Source: a virus
Taxonomy: Duplodnaviria; Caudoviricetes
Virus record (IMG/VR): IMGVR_UViG_2517572207_000003
DNA: 64,000 nt
Direction: 5' to 3' (one strand)
The notes below the pieces were generated by a model, which ran no database searches, was not told where the DNA came from, and was given only the letters and a program-made list of their open reading frames with translations. Each line of letters opens with the position of its first letter. Positions within the stretch are counted from its first letter, which is position 1. Below, piece by piece: positions 1 through 8,758 of this stretch. Made by a program: the position numbers and the translations under genes.

Positions 1-1
1 C

Positions 2-1384
2 TTTACAGGACGAAACGGTCGGGGTAAAACGACGTTCTTAAACCTGCTGCAGGGGAAGTACGAATACAGCGGTACGATCTCCACACCAGTCGCCTTTGAT
101 TATTTTCCGTTTCCCGTCGAACATCCGGAGTATTTGACTTTAGATGTCGTCGAAGAGATCGTGCCAAGCTATGAGAACTGGAAGCTGATGCGTGAACTGA
201 ACCTGCTTAAGGTTTCAGAAGACGTGTTGTACCGACCATTCGAATCGCTGTCCCAAGGAGAACAGACGAAGGTATTGCTGGCTGTGCTATTCATCCAAGA
301 CAATCGATTTCTGCTCATCGACGAGCCGACCAATCATCTCGATTTGCACGCACGCAAGCTTGTCGCCGATTATCTGAATACGAAGCGTGGTTTTATTCTT
401 GTTTCACACGACCGTGCTTTTCTCGACCGCTGCGTGGATCATATTCTGTCGATCAACAAAACGAATATTGAAATCCAAAAAGGCAACTTCTCCAGCTGGT
501 GGACGAACAAAACTCGCCAGGATACATTCGAAATGGCACAAAACGAAAAGCTGTACAAAGACATACAGCGTTTATCAGCTTCCGCTAAACGTACTAGTAG
601 CTGGTCTTTCGAGACCGAAAAATCGAAAAACGGCACACGAAATTCCGGTTCCAAACTTGACAAGGGGTACGTCGGACATAAGGCAGCCAAAATGATGAAA
701 CGCTCAAAATCCATCGAACAGCGGCAACACACTGCTTTAGAGGAAAAATCGAAACTGCTCCGAAATATCGAACAGTCAGAAAGCCTTGCGATCTCTCAGC
801 TCGTGTATCCCAAATCGGAATTGGCGATACTGGATCATGTTACGATTTACTACGGGGAAAGAGCAGTATGCAAGAACGTTAGTCTGATGATTGAACCAGG
901 AGATCGGATTGCAATTTCAGGTCCAAATGGTTCAGGTAAGTCTAGCTTGCTTCACCTGCTCAACGCTGAGGAGCTATACTATACAGGTACGTTTCAACGG
1001 GATCCGCAGCTTCGCGTTTCCTATGTATCCCAGAATACTTCTGATTTGCGAGGTACGCTTTCCGATTATGCAGCAGAGCACAGAATTGACGAAAGCTTAT
1101 TTAAAGCCGTGTTGCGTAAGCTAGATTTCGCCCGCATCCAGTTTGAGAAGGATATATCGGCGTTTAGCGGCGGGCAGAAGAAGAAAGTTCTGATCGCGAG
1201 AAGCCTATGTGAGGAGGCTCATCTGCATATTTGGGACGAACCGCTCAACTTTGTTGACGTGATTTCCCGGATGCAAATTGAGGAGCTGCTGCTTGAATAC
1301 ACGCCCACCATTGTATTCGTAGAGCATGATCGGGAATTTCATGACCGGGTCGCCACGAAAACGATTGAACTCGGTGGGGATTAG
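2..1384 (+). CDS. lsa: Lsa-family ABC-F ribosomal protection protein (5' truncated by window edge)
   Basis: Frame open from base 2 (FTGRNGRGKTT Walker A); two ABC domains (LSQGEQTK/LLIDEPTNHLD; GPNGSGKS/FSGGQKKK/IWDEPLNF), no TM segments, Lsa-like linker DKGYVGHKAAKMMKRSK. Confidence 0.85.
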   Translation, partial: FTGRNGRGKTTFLNLLQGKYEYSGTISTPVAFDYFPFPVEHPEYLTLDVVEEIVPSYENWKLMRELNLLKVSEDVLYRPFESLSQGEQTKVLLAVLFIQDNRFLLIDEPTNHLDLHARKLVADYLNTKRGFILVSHDRAFLDRCVDHILSINKTNIEIQKGNFSSWWTNKTRQDTFEMAQNEKLYKDIQRLSASAKRTSSWSFETEKSKNGTRNSGSKLDKGYVGHKAAKMMKRSKSIEQRQHTALEEKSKLLRNIEQSESLAISQLVYPKSELAILDHVTIYYGERAVCKNVSLMIEPGDRIAISGPNGSGKSSLLHLLNAEELYYTGTFQRDPQLRVSYVSQNTSDLRGTLSDYAAEHRIDESLFKAVLRKLDFARIQFEKDISAFSGGQKKKVLIARSLCEEAHLHIWDEPLNFVDVISRMQIEELLLEYTPTIVFVEHDREFHDRVATKTIELGGD

Positions 1385-1465
1385 AATTTTACAAATTGAA
1401 TTGGATTAAGACATGATTTCAACGATAGAAAGCTTTGTTCAACAACTTTTATGAAAAGGAAAAAG

Positions 1466-1546
1466 ATTGAACTAAAGGCACACGATAGTTCAATCGAACA
1501 TCGGCAGTCTAGGATTTTATTTTTTCGTCCATGGCTGCCGATGGTT
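1466..1546. repeat. Palindromic cassette-boundary site plus conserved hairpin (opposite orientation to the other copies)
   Basis: ATTGAACTAAAGGCACACGATAGTTCAAT followed by ATCGGCAG..CTGCCGAT stem, similar to the reverse complement of 45855-45930. Confidence 0.65.
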
Positions 1547-2019
1547 TTATTGAAGACAGTTTAATAGTTATCTCACTAAGACTAAGAAGCTTATATTATT
1601 TTACAGTGGGTTTTGCTTCTTCTACTCTACTCTCACTGTCCATTATGGGAAATTCCGCTTCAAATGCTATTGCAAAACGGACAACAGGATCAATAAAATT
1701 TGATCAAGGAAGTATAAGCCAACTTGTTTTAGCTGTTTGTGACTTTTACCAGCAACCAAGATTACAATGTCGCCAAAGTAATATAAGTTTGGTAATCCCC
1801 CAATTGAAAGAAAAAATATTGAGTGAGTTGAATTTGTATTTGCTTAAGAGTGTAGAAAACTTATATACAGATATGGAGAAAGATTTATTCGTATCTATTT
1901 ATGCGAACGTAATCTATGAGGCTGGTTATTTATGGGCTTCCGGAAAAGTAAAATTAAACAAAGAAGAAATAGCTAAGAAAATTTCGTTATTCGTATTAGG
2001 TGGGCAGAACTCTCTTTAA
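1531..2019 (+). pseudogene. TetR-family C-terminal domain fragment lacking the HTH
   Basis: C-terminal ...IYEAGYLWASGKVKLNKEEIAKKI pattern resembles Bacillales TetR C-domains; no N-terminal HTH and no clear RBS. Confidence 0.45.
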
Positions 2020-2524
2020 TGCTGCTTTTGCTCACTTTCTTAATATTGCTCATCCTCCTCCCAACAGATAAGAAACAATAAAAAAACACAAGCAATTACG
2101 CTTGTGTTTTGATGCAGCCTATATCAGATCACTCTCAAAGAGACAAGACCCTGAAACTGTACCACGTAAGGCTTCAAGCTCATCCAGAGCTTTCTTTAAA
2201 TCACCGTCCATCGCTCATATCCTATTTTCATTAAGCACATTCCCCTCTGTACAATTCATGATTACTTTAGAATAATCCGCAAAAACGTTGCGCTTGCCAT
2301 GCAGGTCCAGTCGCGAAACAGCCCCGGCAATTTCCGTAACTCACCGTGTGGAAAACGACACCCCCATTGAAAAGGATGCCTCAACACTATGAATAAAGTA
2401 ACAAATTTCAGGATAAAAAATCATAGTTCCTAATGTCAGAAGAAGCCAAAGTATTAGACTGACCTTAGAAATTGAAACAGCGACAACTAAGACGAGGAAA
2501 TAGGGTCCTTGATTGTCGCTATTG

Positions 2525-2555
2525 CATTGAACTAACGTATCCCGTTAGTTCAATG
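2525..2555. repeat. Palindromic cassette-boundary site
   Basis: Perfect 13-bp inverted repeat CATTGAACTAACG-TATCC-CGTTAGTTCAATG, 13 nt past the hydrolase stop codon. Confidence 0.8.
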
Positions 2556-2568
2556 GATTAATATACAA

Positions 2569-3387
2569 CTAAAATCCAAACTCTGTTACTCTTTCAAGCC
2601 ACTCACGCATAAGTGACTCAAATAATAGAGTCTGTTCAATCTGAAGATTATGGCCTGCTCGATCTAGAACGGCAAAGGTTGCTCTAGGATAATTGTCTAA
2701 AATTCTAAAAGCATCTATGTAACCAACAACTGCATCTTGTCGCCCAAGAGTAAATACTGTTGGTTTATCGAAAACTAATTCATCTATATTGGTGGAAAAT
2801 CCATAGTTTCTTTGAATCTTGCTAAGAAAATCGTAGTCAGCGATCTTACAACCTGCCATGATCTCTTCTGAATACCTTTTCCAATTATATTCATTGAGAA
2901 CGACTTGATTTGCGCTAAAATCACTTACTTGCTCTTCACTTAAGGTGTCCATAAACTCGCGATCACTATGAACAACAAAATGCTCGGGAAGTATTCTTCT
3001 TTTGTGTTCAGGAATAATTAATGGGCAAATCAGTGCAGCCCCACCAATACGATCTTTATGTCTATTAATTATTCCTCTTGTAATATATCCACCGTATGAT
3101 TCACCTGCTATGAGATAATCTTGGTTTGGGACAAGAGTTTCAATAAAATTTATAACTGCTTCTAGCATATCATCTGAATTACATATTTGATCGTAATCCT
3201 TTGTTTGTCCCATTCCAGGCAGGTCAAGATAGATACGACGCCAATTGGAATTATCTTCAAATATCGGTTCCATACACCCACTCATTAACCGATGGTCTGG
3301 TGTAAAACCATGGATCATTATAATTGGTTTGCCTTTACCAATTTCCTCGTAATATATATTGGCATTCTTGACTTTACAATATGGCAT
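2569..3387 (-). CDS. Alpha/beta fold hydrolase
   Basis: IHGF oxyanion motif, DLPGMG, GESYGG nucleophile elbow, AGHNLQIE catalytic His. Confidence 0.9.
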   Translation of the reverse strand: MPYCKVKNANIYYEEIGKGKPIIMIHGFTPDHRLMSGCMEPIFEDNSNWRRIYLDLPGMGQTKDYDQICNSDDMLEAVINFIETLVPNQDYLIAGESYGGYITRGIINRHKDRIGGAALICPLIIPEHKRRILPEHFVVHSDREFMDTLSEEQVSDFSANQVVLNEYNWKRYSEEIMAGCKIADYDFLSKIQRNYGFSTNIDELVFDKPTVFTLGRQDAVVGYIDAFRILDNYPRATFAVLDRAGHNLQIEQTLLFESLMREWLERVTEFGF

Positions 3388-3517
3388 ACAGACTCCTCCA
3401 AAATTGAGTTATTATTATAATATTCTTACACTAAAGAAGAATCTACATGTTTTATCAAGCAAACCAGATCTCCTTTCCGTTTCGTTTTGATTATATACGC
3501 ATATATAATATATGTAA

Positions 3518-3531
3518 AGAACACTTGTTCC
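3518..3531. promoter_or_regulatory. LexA/DinR (SOS) box upstream of the hydrolase
   Basis: AGAACACTTGTTCC fits the Bacillota GAAC-N4-GTTC consensus. Confidence 0.55.
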
Positions 3532-3549
3532 CTATTCTTGTTTTCGGAG

Positions 3550-3577
3550 TTAAACTAACCTGCCCGTTACTTCAATG
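3550..3577. repeat. Palindromic cassette-boundary site
   Basis: TTAAACTAACCTGCCCGTTACTTCAATG. Confidence 0.75.
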
Positions 3578-3656
3578 AAAAAAAGCAGCCCCTCATGAAC
3601 TGCCCTACTGCTAGTCACTTCAACAATAGGATGAGTTCATACAAGGGCTACCCCAT

Positions 3657-3926
3657 TTACCAAGTAATCCAACCGCTCGTTCGTTTGTAACTGTGCAGGA
3701 TCTCGTATTCCTCACTACGCATCAGTCGTTTCATTTTTGTTCTATACAGCCGATAATCATCTTTTCTTGCTACTTTACATTCTTTGTTGTAATGAACACT
3801 CTTGATTCCTTTACGGAAATCCTTAAGCTTCTCTTTTCTTGGATCTTTGGGCTTATTATTGATCTCCAGACTACGCTGTTTCTCATCTTCCCAGGATTGA
3901 ATCTCTTCCCGTGTAAACATCTTCAT
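3657..3926 (-). CDS. Hypothetical basic protein (cassette cargo; 5' end possibly damaged)
   Basis: 89-aa ORF between boundary sites; the nearest good RBS/ATG (4009) is out of frame. Confidence 0.55.
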   Translation of the reverse strand: MKMFTREEIQSWEDEKQRSLEINNKPKDPRKEKLKDFRKGIKSVHYNKECKVARKDDYRLYRTKMKRLMRSEEYEILHSYKRTSGWITW

Positions 3927-4050
3927 CCCCGTTGTGCCGGGTTAGATTTTGGCATTTGAAGCCATGACCTTAGACACAACTAATAGAAGAAGATCTTCGG
4001 ATTGAACATTAAATCACCTCTGAATTTATTCGCCCTTATTTTAACATATT

Positions 4051-4069
4051 TATAACTATTCTTCCCGTT
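4051..4069. repeat. Degenerate cassette-boundary site
   Basis: TATAACTATTCTTCCCGTT aligns with the left arm and spacer of 5208-5235; right arm lost. Confidence 0.4.
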
Positions 4070-4193
4070 TTACGCCTTCAATCAGTGTTTAGACAATCAT
4101 TTTACATATTTGAAATTTGCAACTTTCCCCTCTAAACCTTCCTCATCCTGGTCCGTTCCTGTTTCACCATGAGCTCCCTTCTAAAGGGAGTCT

Positions 4194-5111
4194 TTATGCA
4201 TAGGTATACTCCGGTCCCAATCGTTCGATAATTCGATCCAACTGTCTGGTTAGATAAGGCGAAACGTCACCAATGCCAGACACTGCTTCTAACAAGGGAA
4301 AGGATTGCCCACCCCACGGGCCTTGTGGATCAAAGACTTGTCTACCGATTCGCAAGCCTTCTGTTTCCCTGAAGATGTTCAATCGTTCCAATCCTTCAAT
4401 AAGCAGCCCGACCGGCAGCGTTTTGTTCCTACGTCGGGACCATTCTGCCAAGAAGGACATGCCACGTAATATATCATATTCAAAAAACCTCGGAAAACAA
4501 GGCTTCAGCCATTCCATATCGATGACACTTCTATTTTGTTTAGAACATACAAGACGATGCTCAATTAAATAACGTGCGCCTTCATCTAAGAAAACGACTT
4601 CCTGTTCAGTAAATTCACGGTCTGTATGCCATAAGATAGCTTCAAGCGGAGGAAGTGTCGAAACAATAGAGCTCTTTTTAGAATGAATATAAGCTTCAGG
4701 ATCGCAGTTCAGTCCGCCATCAGGTAACTGATGCTTTAAGAGCCATTCGCGAATCCAAGGCAGTTCCTTGTCCAAATCACAGCCATACGCCATTAGAATC
4801 ATATAGTATACGGCAAGTTCACAATGGCAGCAATCCATCTTCATCTTATCACTTTCACTTGTTGGATGGTCATCGGGGAATATGATGAAGGTGGGCCAAA
4901 CCTGAGTTTCGAGTAAATATTTTGCTCCAGTAATAGCAGACTCGGGAATTAGTTTCACCTCACCCATTTCATAAAGAGCAGCCATATGCCACCAAGCTCC
5001 ATCCCATTTTCGACGGCTGCACTCGCCGTGAGTCATCCCCAAATGCGGAGTAGATTCAAGGAACTGTATAGATTCTTCGATTGCTAAACGAATATTTTGA
5101 TTTGCTTCCAT
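4194..5111 (-). CDS. Hypothetical protein, prenyltransferase/squalene-cyclase-like alpha/alpha barrel
   Basis: WLLKHQLPDGGLNC QW-like repeat, FPRFFEYDILRG; RBS AAGGAG. Confidence 0.6.
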   Translation of the reverse strand: MEANQNIRLAIEESIQFLESTPHLGMTHGECSRRKWDGAWWHMAALYEMGEVKLIPESAITGAKYLLETQVWPTFIIFPDDHPTSESDKMKMDCCHCELAVYYMILMAYGCDLDKELPWIREWLLKHQLPDGGLNCDPEAYIHSKKSSIVSTLPPLEAILWHTDREFTEQEVVFLDEGARYLIEHRLVCSKQNRSVIDMEWLKPCFPRFFEYDILRGMSFLAEWSRRRNKTLPVGLLIEGLERLNIFRETEGLRIGRQVFDPQGPWGGQSFPLLEAVSGIGDVSPYLTRQLDRIIERLGPEYTYA

Positions 5112-5207
5112 CTGGGTATCTCCTTTTTGATTACCTCTACTTCACACTTCAGTTAAGCAACGCCTCACCTCGTATACCCTTCCACTCTTAAAAAATTCGA
5201 TATGTTA

Positions 5208-5235
5208 TTAAACTATCCTGCCCGTTAGCTTAATG
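5208..5235. repeat. Palindromic cassette-boundary site
   Basis: TTAAACTATCCTGCCCGTTAGCTTAATG; positionally equivalent to 46479-46506. Confidence 0.75.
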
Positions 5236-5319
5236 AGGCATCGTCAGAATATTACTTTATTTTTCAGTTTAGAACTTTATTTTCTTCTGACACCTATAAT
5301 AAAGACCGCAAAGGCTTAA

Positions 5320-5550
5320 GCCCTTTGCTTCTGGCATTCTAAGTCCAATTTCTCCTTCTTGGTTTCGCCCCCGACCATAGTCGATCATCACAAAATCCAA
5401 TGTTCGGTTGACAGACTTTTTGCTAAATTTTCTTTGACCTTGCGTCTTTTGTCAGCGAATGTTGTGGCTGATATACCATGAATACCTTTTTTATACTCTG
5501 CTCATATACTGTTGAGCTTTTAGATACAAAAGCTTTGCAGCAAGCCTTTC
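5320..5550 (-). pseudogene. Remnant of the late-activator-like gene (homolog of 46593-47225)
   Basis: Encodes ISATTFADKRR and IDYGRGRNQEGEIGLRMPE, as in the intact copy; disrupted. Confidence 0.75.
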
Positions 5551-6355
5551 ATGCACATCTCTAATGTTAGAGATTGCAAAACGGATATTGTTTGTAATGA
5601 GGAAATAGAACTTGTAATGAGCTGTTACTCTTTAGAGCTATCCACATCCAGAATGCCACCCAAGGGTGAGCCATCATCCAATCAGCTTATGGTCATGAGC
5701 GGCCACGCTCCACGGAATCGCTTATACTCTTCTGTTCTTTTAGGCTGTAATAGCTGAGCTCATGTTCAGGTTGCACACACTTTGACCTTTTATTGTCGTG
5801 GTAACCGTAGACCTTCAACAGACTTCTTGAGCCTGGCTATCTCGTTATCCTTTTGTTGCATAAGGGTTTCAACGGCGATTAAATCATCGTTCTAGCCCTT
5901 AGCCACCTGTTGAAATCTCTATACCCCCTTTCTATATCTAGCTGCTGTGGTGGGTCTGGATCAATCCTTCCACTATTGAATGGTTGTTGCTCCACATCTC
6001 ATTTATATGTTTTTCCACACTCATCCGCCGTCTCGGCTCCATCCACTCTTTGCAGCATCAAATGGCATTTTACAGTCATATACAATTAAAAATCCCTTTC
6101 CGCATTACTGTAAGTACACTGTCCGAATGCGTACATGCCTCTTCTTTCATCCGTAGGAGTATTTTTAAAATCGAAATCAACATTTTCAGTGAGGAAGAAA
6201 CCTCTACATCTGGCATCATTACAACGATGCTTCGACAGACATTGTATAAGGCTGTTTTCTCTTTCTTTACTCCCTATGAGCTAAAATATGATATATCCTT
6301 ACTGCCCTCAACAATGAATATGTTCTGCATAAACTATCAAAAAGGAGATGAGAAC

Positions 6356-6665
6356 ATGACTAGATTGTTAGATGCTCGAACATCTCAAAACGCAAGTTAC
6401 GGTAATACGATCTCAATTCCCTTGCCAGCCAATACTGCTGGTGCCATCGCGGAGCTTGGTTTAGATGTAACGGAATGCCCTTTACTCTGTGAGTGTCTCC
6501 GAAACAAACCCAAACGCTGTACAAGTCGTCACCATCAATGCTTCTGATTACAATATCCCTCTACCACCATCAAATGAATTGGTATATACCTTATATATAT
6601 TTTGCACAGCAGATGCTACCCGAATAGGAATAGAAAGTTTTAATGCTGTTGCCTACTCGGATTAA
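6356..6665 (+). pseudogene. Fragmented exosporium/spore-surface-like protein gene
   Basis: RBS AAGGAG; N-terminus MTRLLDARTSQNASY and C-terminus ...IESFNAVAYSD* lie in different frames with the middle deleted. Confidence 0.45.
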
Positions 6666-6782
6666 AATTCACCGTAACACGGAGAACAAAGCCCTCTTAT
6701 TTTTGTTTCATCTGCTCTTGGAGACAATAATTTCTATCTGTCGTTCATTTTTTGGTATAATTTACTTAAAGGGGGTGATCAA

Positions 6783-7004
6783 ATGGGAATTATGCTTATT
6801 CTTATTGCTATTGTTTTTTTCGCGCTTGGTATTTTAAGTAAACGGAAACCCACTTGGGGATGGCGTGCAAACGAAGCCTGGAAAATCAAAGGTGACTCAG
6901 AACCAAGCGACGCTTACATTGATGACATGAAATTTAGGGGCTCTGTATCTATTCTCTTTGGGTTCTTCTTCTTAGCATGTGGACTTTTGGTTATCTTCCT
7001 GTAA
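6783..7004 (+). CDS. Small membrane protein, DUF6199-like (duplicate of 51049-51273)
   Basis: Two TM helices flanking WGWRANEAWKIKGDSEPSDAY. Confidence 0.75.
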   Translation: MGIMLILIAIVFFALGILSKRKPTWGWRANEAWKIKGDSEPSDAYIDDMKFRGSVSILFGFFFLACGLLVIFL

Positions 7005-7290
7005 GCGCACTTCCTTAAACTTCAAAGCTCGACCAGCGAATGTAGTAGTAGTTCCATAACTAGCTTTATAGATTTCATACTTTTCTTTTTTTGTTTCTAA
7101 ACACTTCTTCGCGCCCTGCTGGCGTTTGTATTCTTTCCAGTCTACTTCATGAAACCAAAAGTATTTTCCGTAGCTATCCCTATAGGTCTCTATACAGAAT
7201 TGAAGAAGTTCCTTCATTGATTTGTATGTATCTGCTCATGGCATGGATCGAACATGCCAAGGCATTTATCTTTACACCGTGTCCGCTTCT
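7003..7290 (-). pseudogene. Remnant of the HNH gene (homolog of 51290-51970)
   Basis: ELLQFCIETYRDSYGKYFWFHEVDWKEY versus ELLQFWISAFRDKYGDHFWFDEQDWEEY. Confidence 0.75.
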
Positions 7291-7422
7291 AACTATTTAA
7301 AACCTAATTCAATAATTTTTTGTGGGGAAATTGTGGGGAGTACTGCGTAGTCCAAGAAAATGAAGCATTATCCTCAAACAAAAAAATCCCTCAACGCTTA
7401 GAGCGCCAAGGGATTCCACATT

Positions 7423-7473
7423 TTAGTAAAGCGTCAGATATTGATCACGTTCCCATTGATGTACTTGGGTTCT
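7423..7473 (-). repeat. Prophage att junction: duplicated 3' end of glnA
   Basis: Minus strand translates to RTQVHQWERDQYLTLY*, matching the GS-I C-terminus (B. subtilis RTQVHPWEREQYMSQY); no upstream glnA frame; hairpin at 7385-7415. Confidence 0.85.
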
Positions 7474-7580
7474 GTTTATGTACGAATTTATCACTTCATC
7501 TTTTCCTTTATTAGGATAGCGATTTATAGAACATTTCATCAGAAACGTTGTTCACAATCTATCATAACTTTTCATGAATT

Positions 7581-7610
7581 GGGGGACGTTTGGGGGACAC
7601 TTAGGGGGAC
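7581..7610. repeat. Putative integrase arm-type sites (GGGGGAC x3)
   Basis: GGGGGACGTTTGGGGGACAC nearly identical to 63967-63986 at the integrase 3' end. Confidence 0.65.
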
Positions 7611-7667
7611 GATTTTAAGACCAATGTAGGGCAGATGGGAATGAACCATTCTACCCCGTTTTACATA

Positions 7668-7823
7668 CTACTTTACGAAAGTGAATTCATGAATCCATGA
7701 AGGAGCTTCTACTATTACAACGACCGGCAGAGTAGTCCCAAATACCTGAAGCATAGATAAGGTATAAATTTCAGCATTCTCTTTTTTAATGTCCCATTTA
7801 ATCTTTAATCTGTGTATTTGCAT
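7668..7823 (-). CDS. 51-aa peptide with an SWIH motif
   Basis: RBS AAAGGA then MQIHRLKIKWDIKKENAEIYTLSMLQVFGTTLPVVVIVEAPSWIHEFTFVK; divergent from the XRE gene. Confidence 0.5.
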   Translation of the reverse strand: MQIHRLKIKWDIKKENAEIYTLSMLQVFGTTLPVVVIVEAPSWIHEFTFVK

Positions 7824-7908
7824 TGATGCACGTCCTTTGTCGTATTTACTGGAGTGCCTCTCAGTGATATAATTTGCAACGAATAGATGTCTACTGGAGG
7901 ATCTCTGA

Positions 7909-8121
7909 TTGAAAATCTCCCGTGGGAGATGCCGACTTAAGGAGCTACTCGAAGAACGTCGTATAAAACAAATCGATCTTGCTAGACGCACCGGCTACAG
8001 CAGACATTTGATTTCTAATTGGGCCAACAATCAGGATAAAATGTCTGCTGATGTTATGATTAACATAGCTTATGCCCTCGATTGTAAAATGGAAGACTTA
8101 TACGAACTGATCTTTGAGTGA
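7909..8121 (+). CDS. XRE/Cro-C1 HTH regulator
   Basis: RLKELLEERRIKQIDLARRTGYSRHLISNWAN...IAYALDCKMEDLYE; RBS GGAGG. Confidence 0.9.
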   Translation: MKISRGRCRLKELLEERRIKQIDLARRTGYSRHLISNWANNQDKMSADVMINIAYALDCKMEDLYELIFE

Positions 8122-8143
8122 GCCTGTTGGCTCTCCCTCGGAT

Positions 8144-8168
8144 AAAAGTATGGTTGAACCATACTTTT
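8144..8168. promoter_or_regulatory. 12-bp perfect inverted repeat (candidate operator)
   Basis: AAAAGTATGGTT-G-AACCATACTTTT. Confidence 0.5.
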
Positions 8169-8348
8169 TACAGACAACTGTACTCCCCTCCCTTTTTTAT
8201 TTTCCAAGTCAATTATGTCTATAATCGAACATATCAATTTTTGACATAACTATACTACTATTAAATCCCATTATTAGGGGCTTGGCAACAAAAATTCGGG
8301 CGCTGAATGTCTCTTAATATTCGACATTATAAGACAAAAAAAGAGTCG

Positions 8349-8744
8349 CTATTTTGTAGCAACTCCAGTGAAGATTATTTTCGAATTAATAAAACCCATT
8401 TCTTCAACAACCTCATCAAATCGATGGTAAGCAATTGGACACCTTTTCGATGTTTTTGTTACTTCATCTTCAAAGTAAGCATCTTTAAAGATACCATTAA
8501 CAATCTTTACTTTTTCTACATTAAGAGTGTTGCTTCTATCCACATTTAAAAAACGATATCCGTTACTATTCAAAAAATTCTCCCAATGTCTCAAGGTTCC
8601 TACCATATAGTATGTTTTATCAAATGTATGAACCAGTATCTGGTCTCGCTTTCTCCCCTTAGAGATGAAAAGGACTTTGTCTACTAAAACATTTTCTCCT
8701 CTTTCTATACCTCCAGGATCTGCCGATACGGTTAAACTTAGCAT
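8349..8744 (-). CDS. Stand-alone LytTR DNA-binding protein (no receiver domain)
   Basis: VLFIS..ILVHT..YYMVGTLRHWE..FLNVDRSNTLNVEKV matches the LytTR F-x-R-x-H-R-S-x-x-V-N region; only 131 aa. Confidence 0.85.
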   Translation of the reverse strand: MLSLTVSADPGGIERGENVLVDKVLFISKGRKRDQILVHTFDKTYYMVGTLRHWENFLNSNGYRFLNVDRSNTLNVEKVKIVNGIFKDAYFEDEVTKTSKRCPIAYHRFDEVVEEMGFINSKIIFTGVATK

Positions 8745-8758
8745 TTAACATTCCCCGC

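Larger units (their letters stand above)
2424..7420. mobile_element. Decayed relic of a related prophage at the same glnA site
   Basis: 2424-2555 resembles 45802-45930; 5221-5540 resembles 46491-46840; 6750-7290 resembles 51015-51680; no integrase or structural genes remain; left boundary uncertain. Confidence 0.7.

Noticed and set aside
2525-5235. Palindromic repeats as a CRISPR array
   Set aside because: Spacing is 0.5-1.2 kb with whole genes in between, the repeats are degenerate, and no cas genes are present
5984-6547. 187-aa ORF as a real gene
   Set aside because: Looks like chance read-through across relic DNA into the pseudogene starting at 6356, which has the only good RBS
7581-7610. 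GGGGGAC repeats as the att core or a G-quadruplex element
   Set aside because: The matching copy is inside the int coding end; the glnA fragment explains the crossover better, so these fit arm-type sites
8300-8340. Spo0A box (TTCGACA near 8320) controlling the agr-like cassette
   Set aside because: A single 7-mer downstream of the operon is too weak without conservation data
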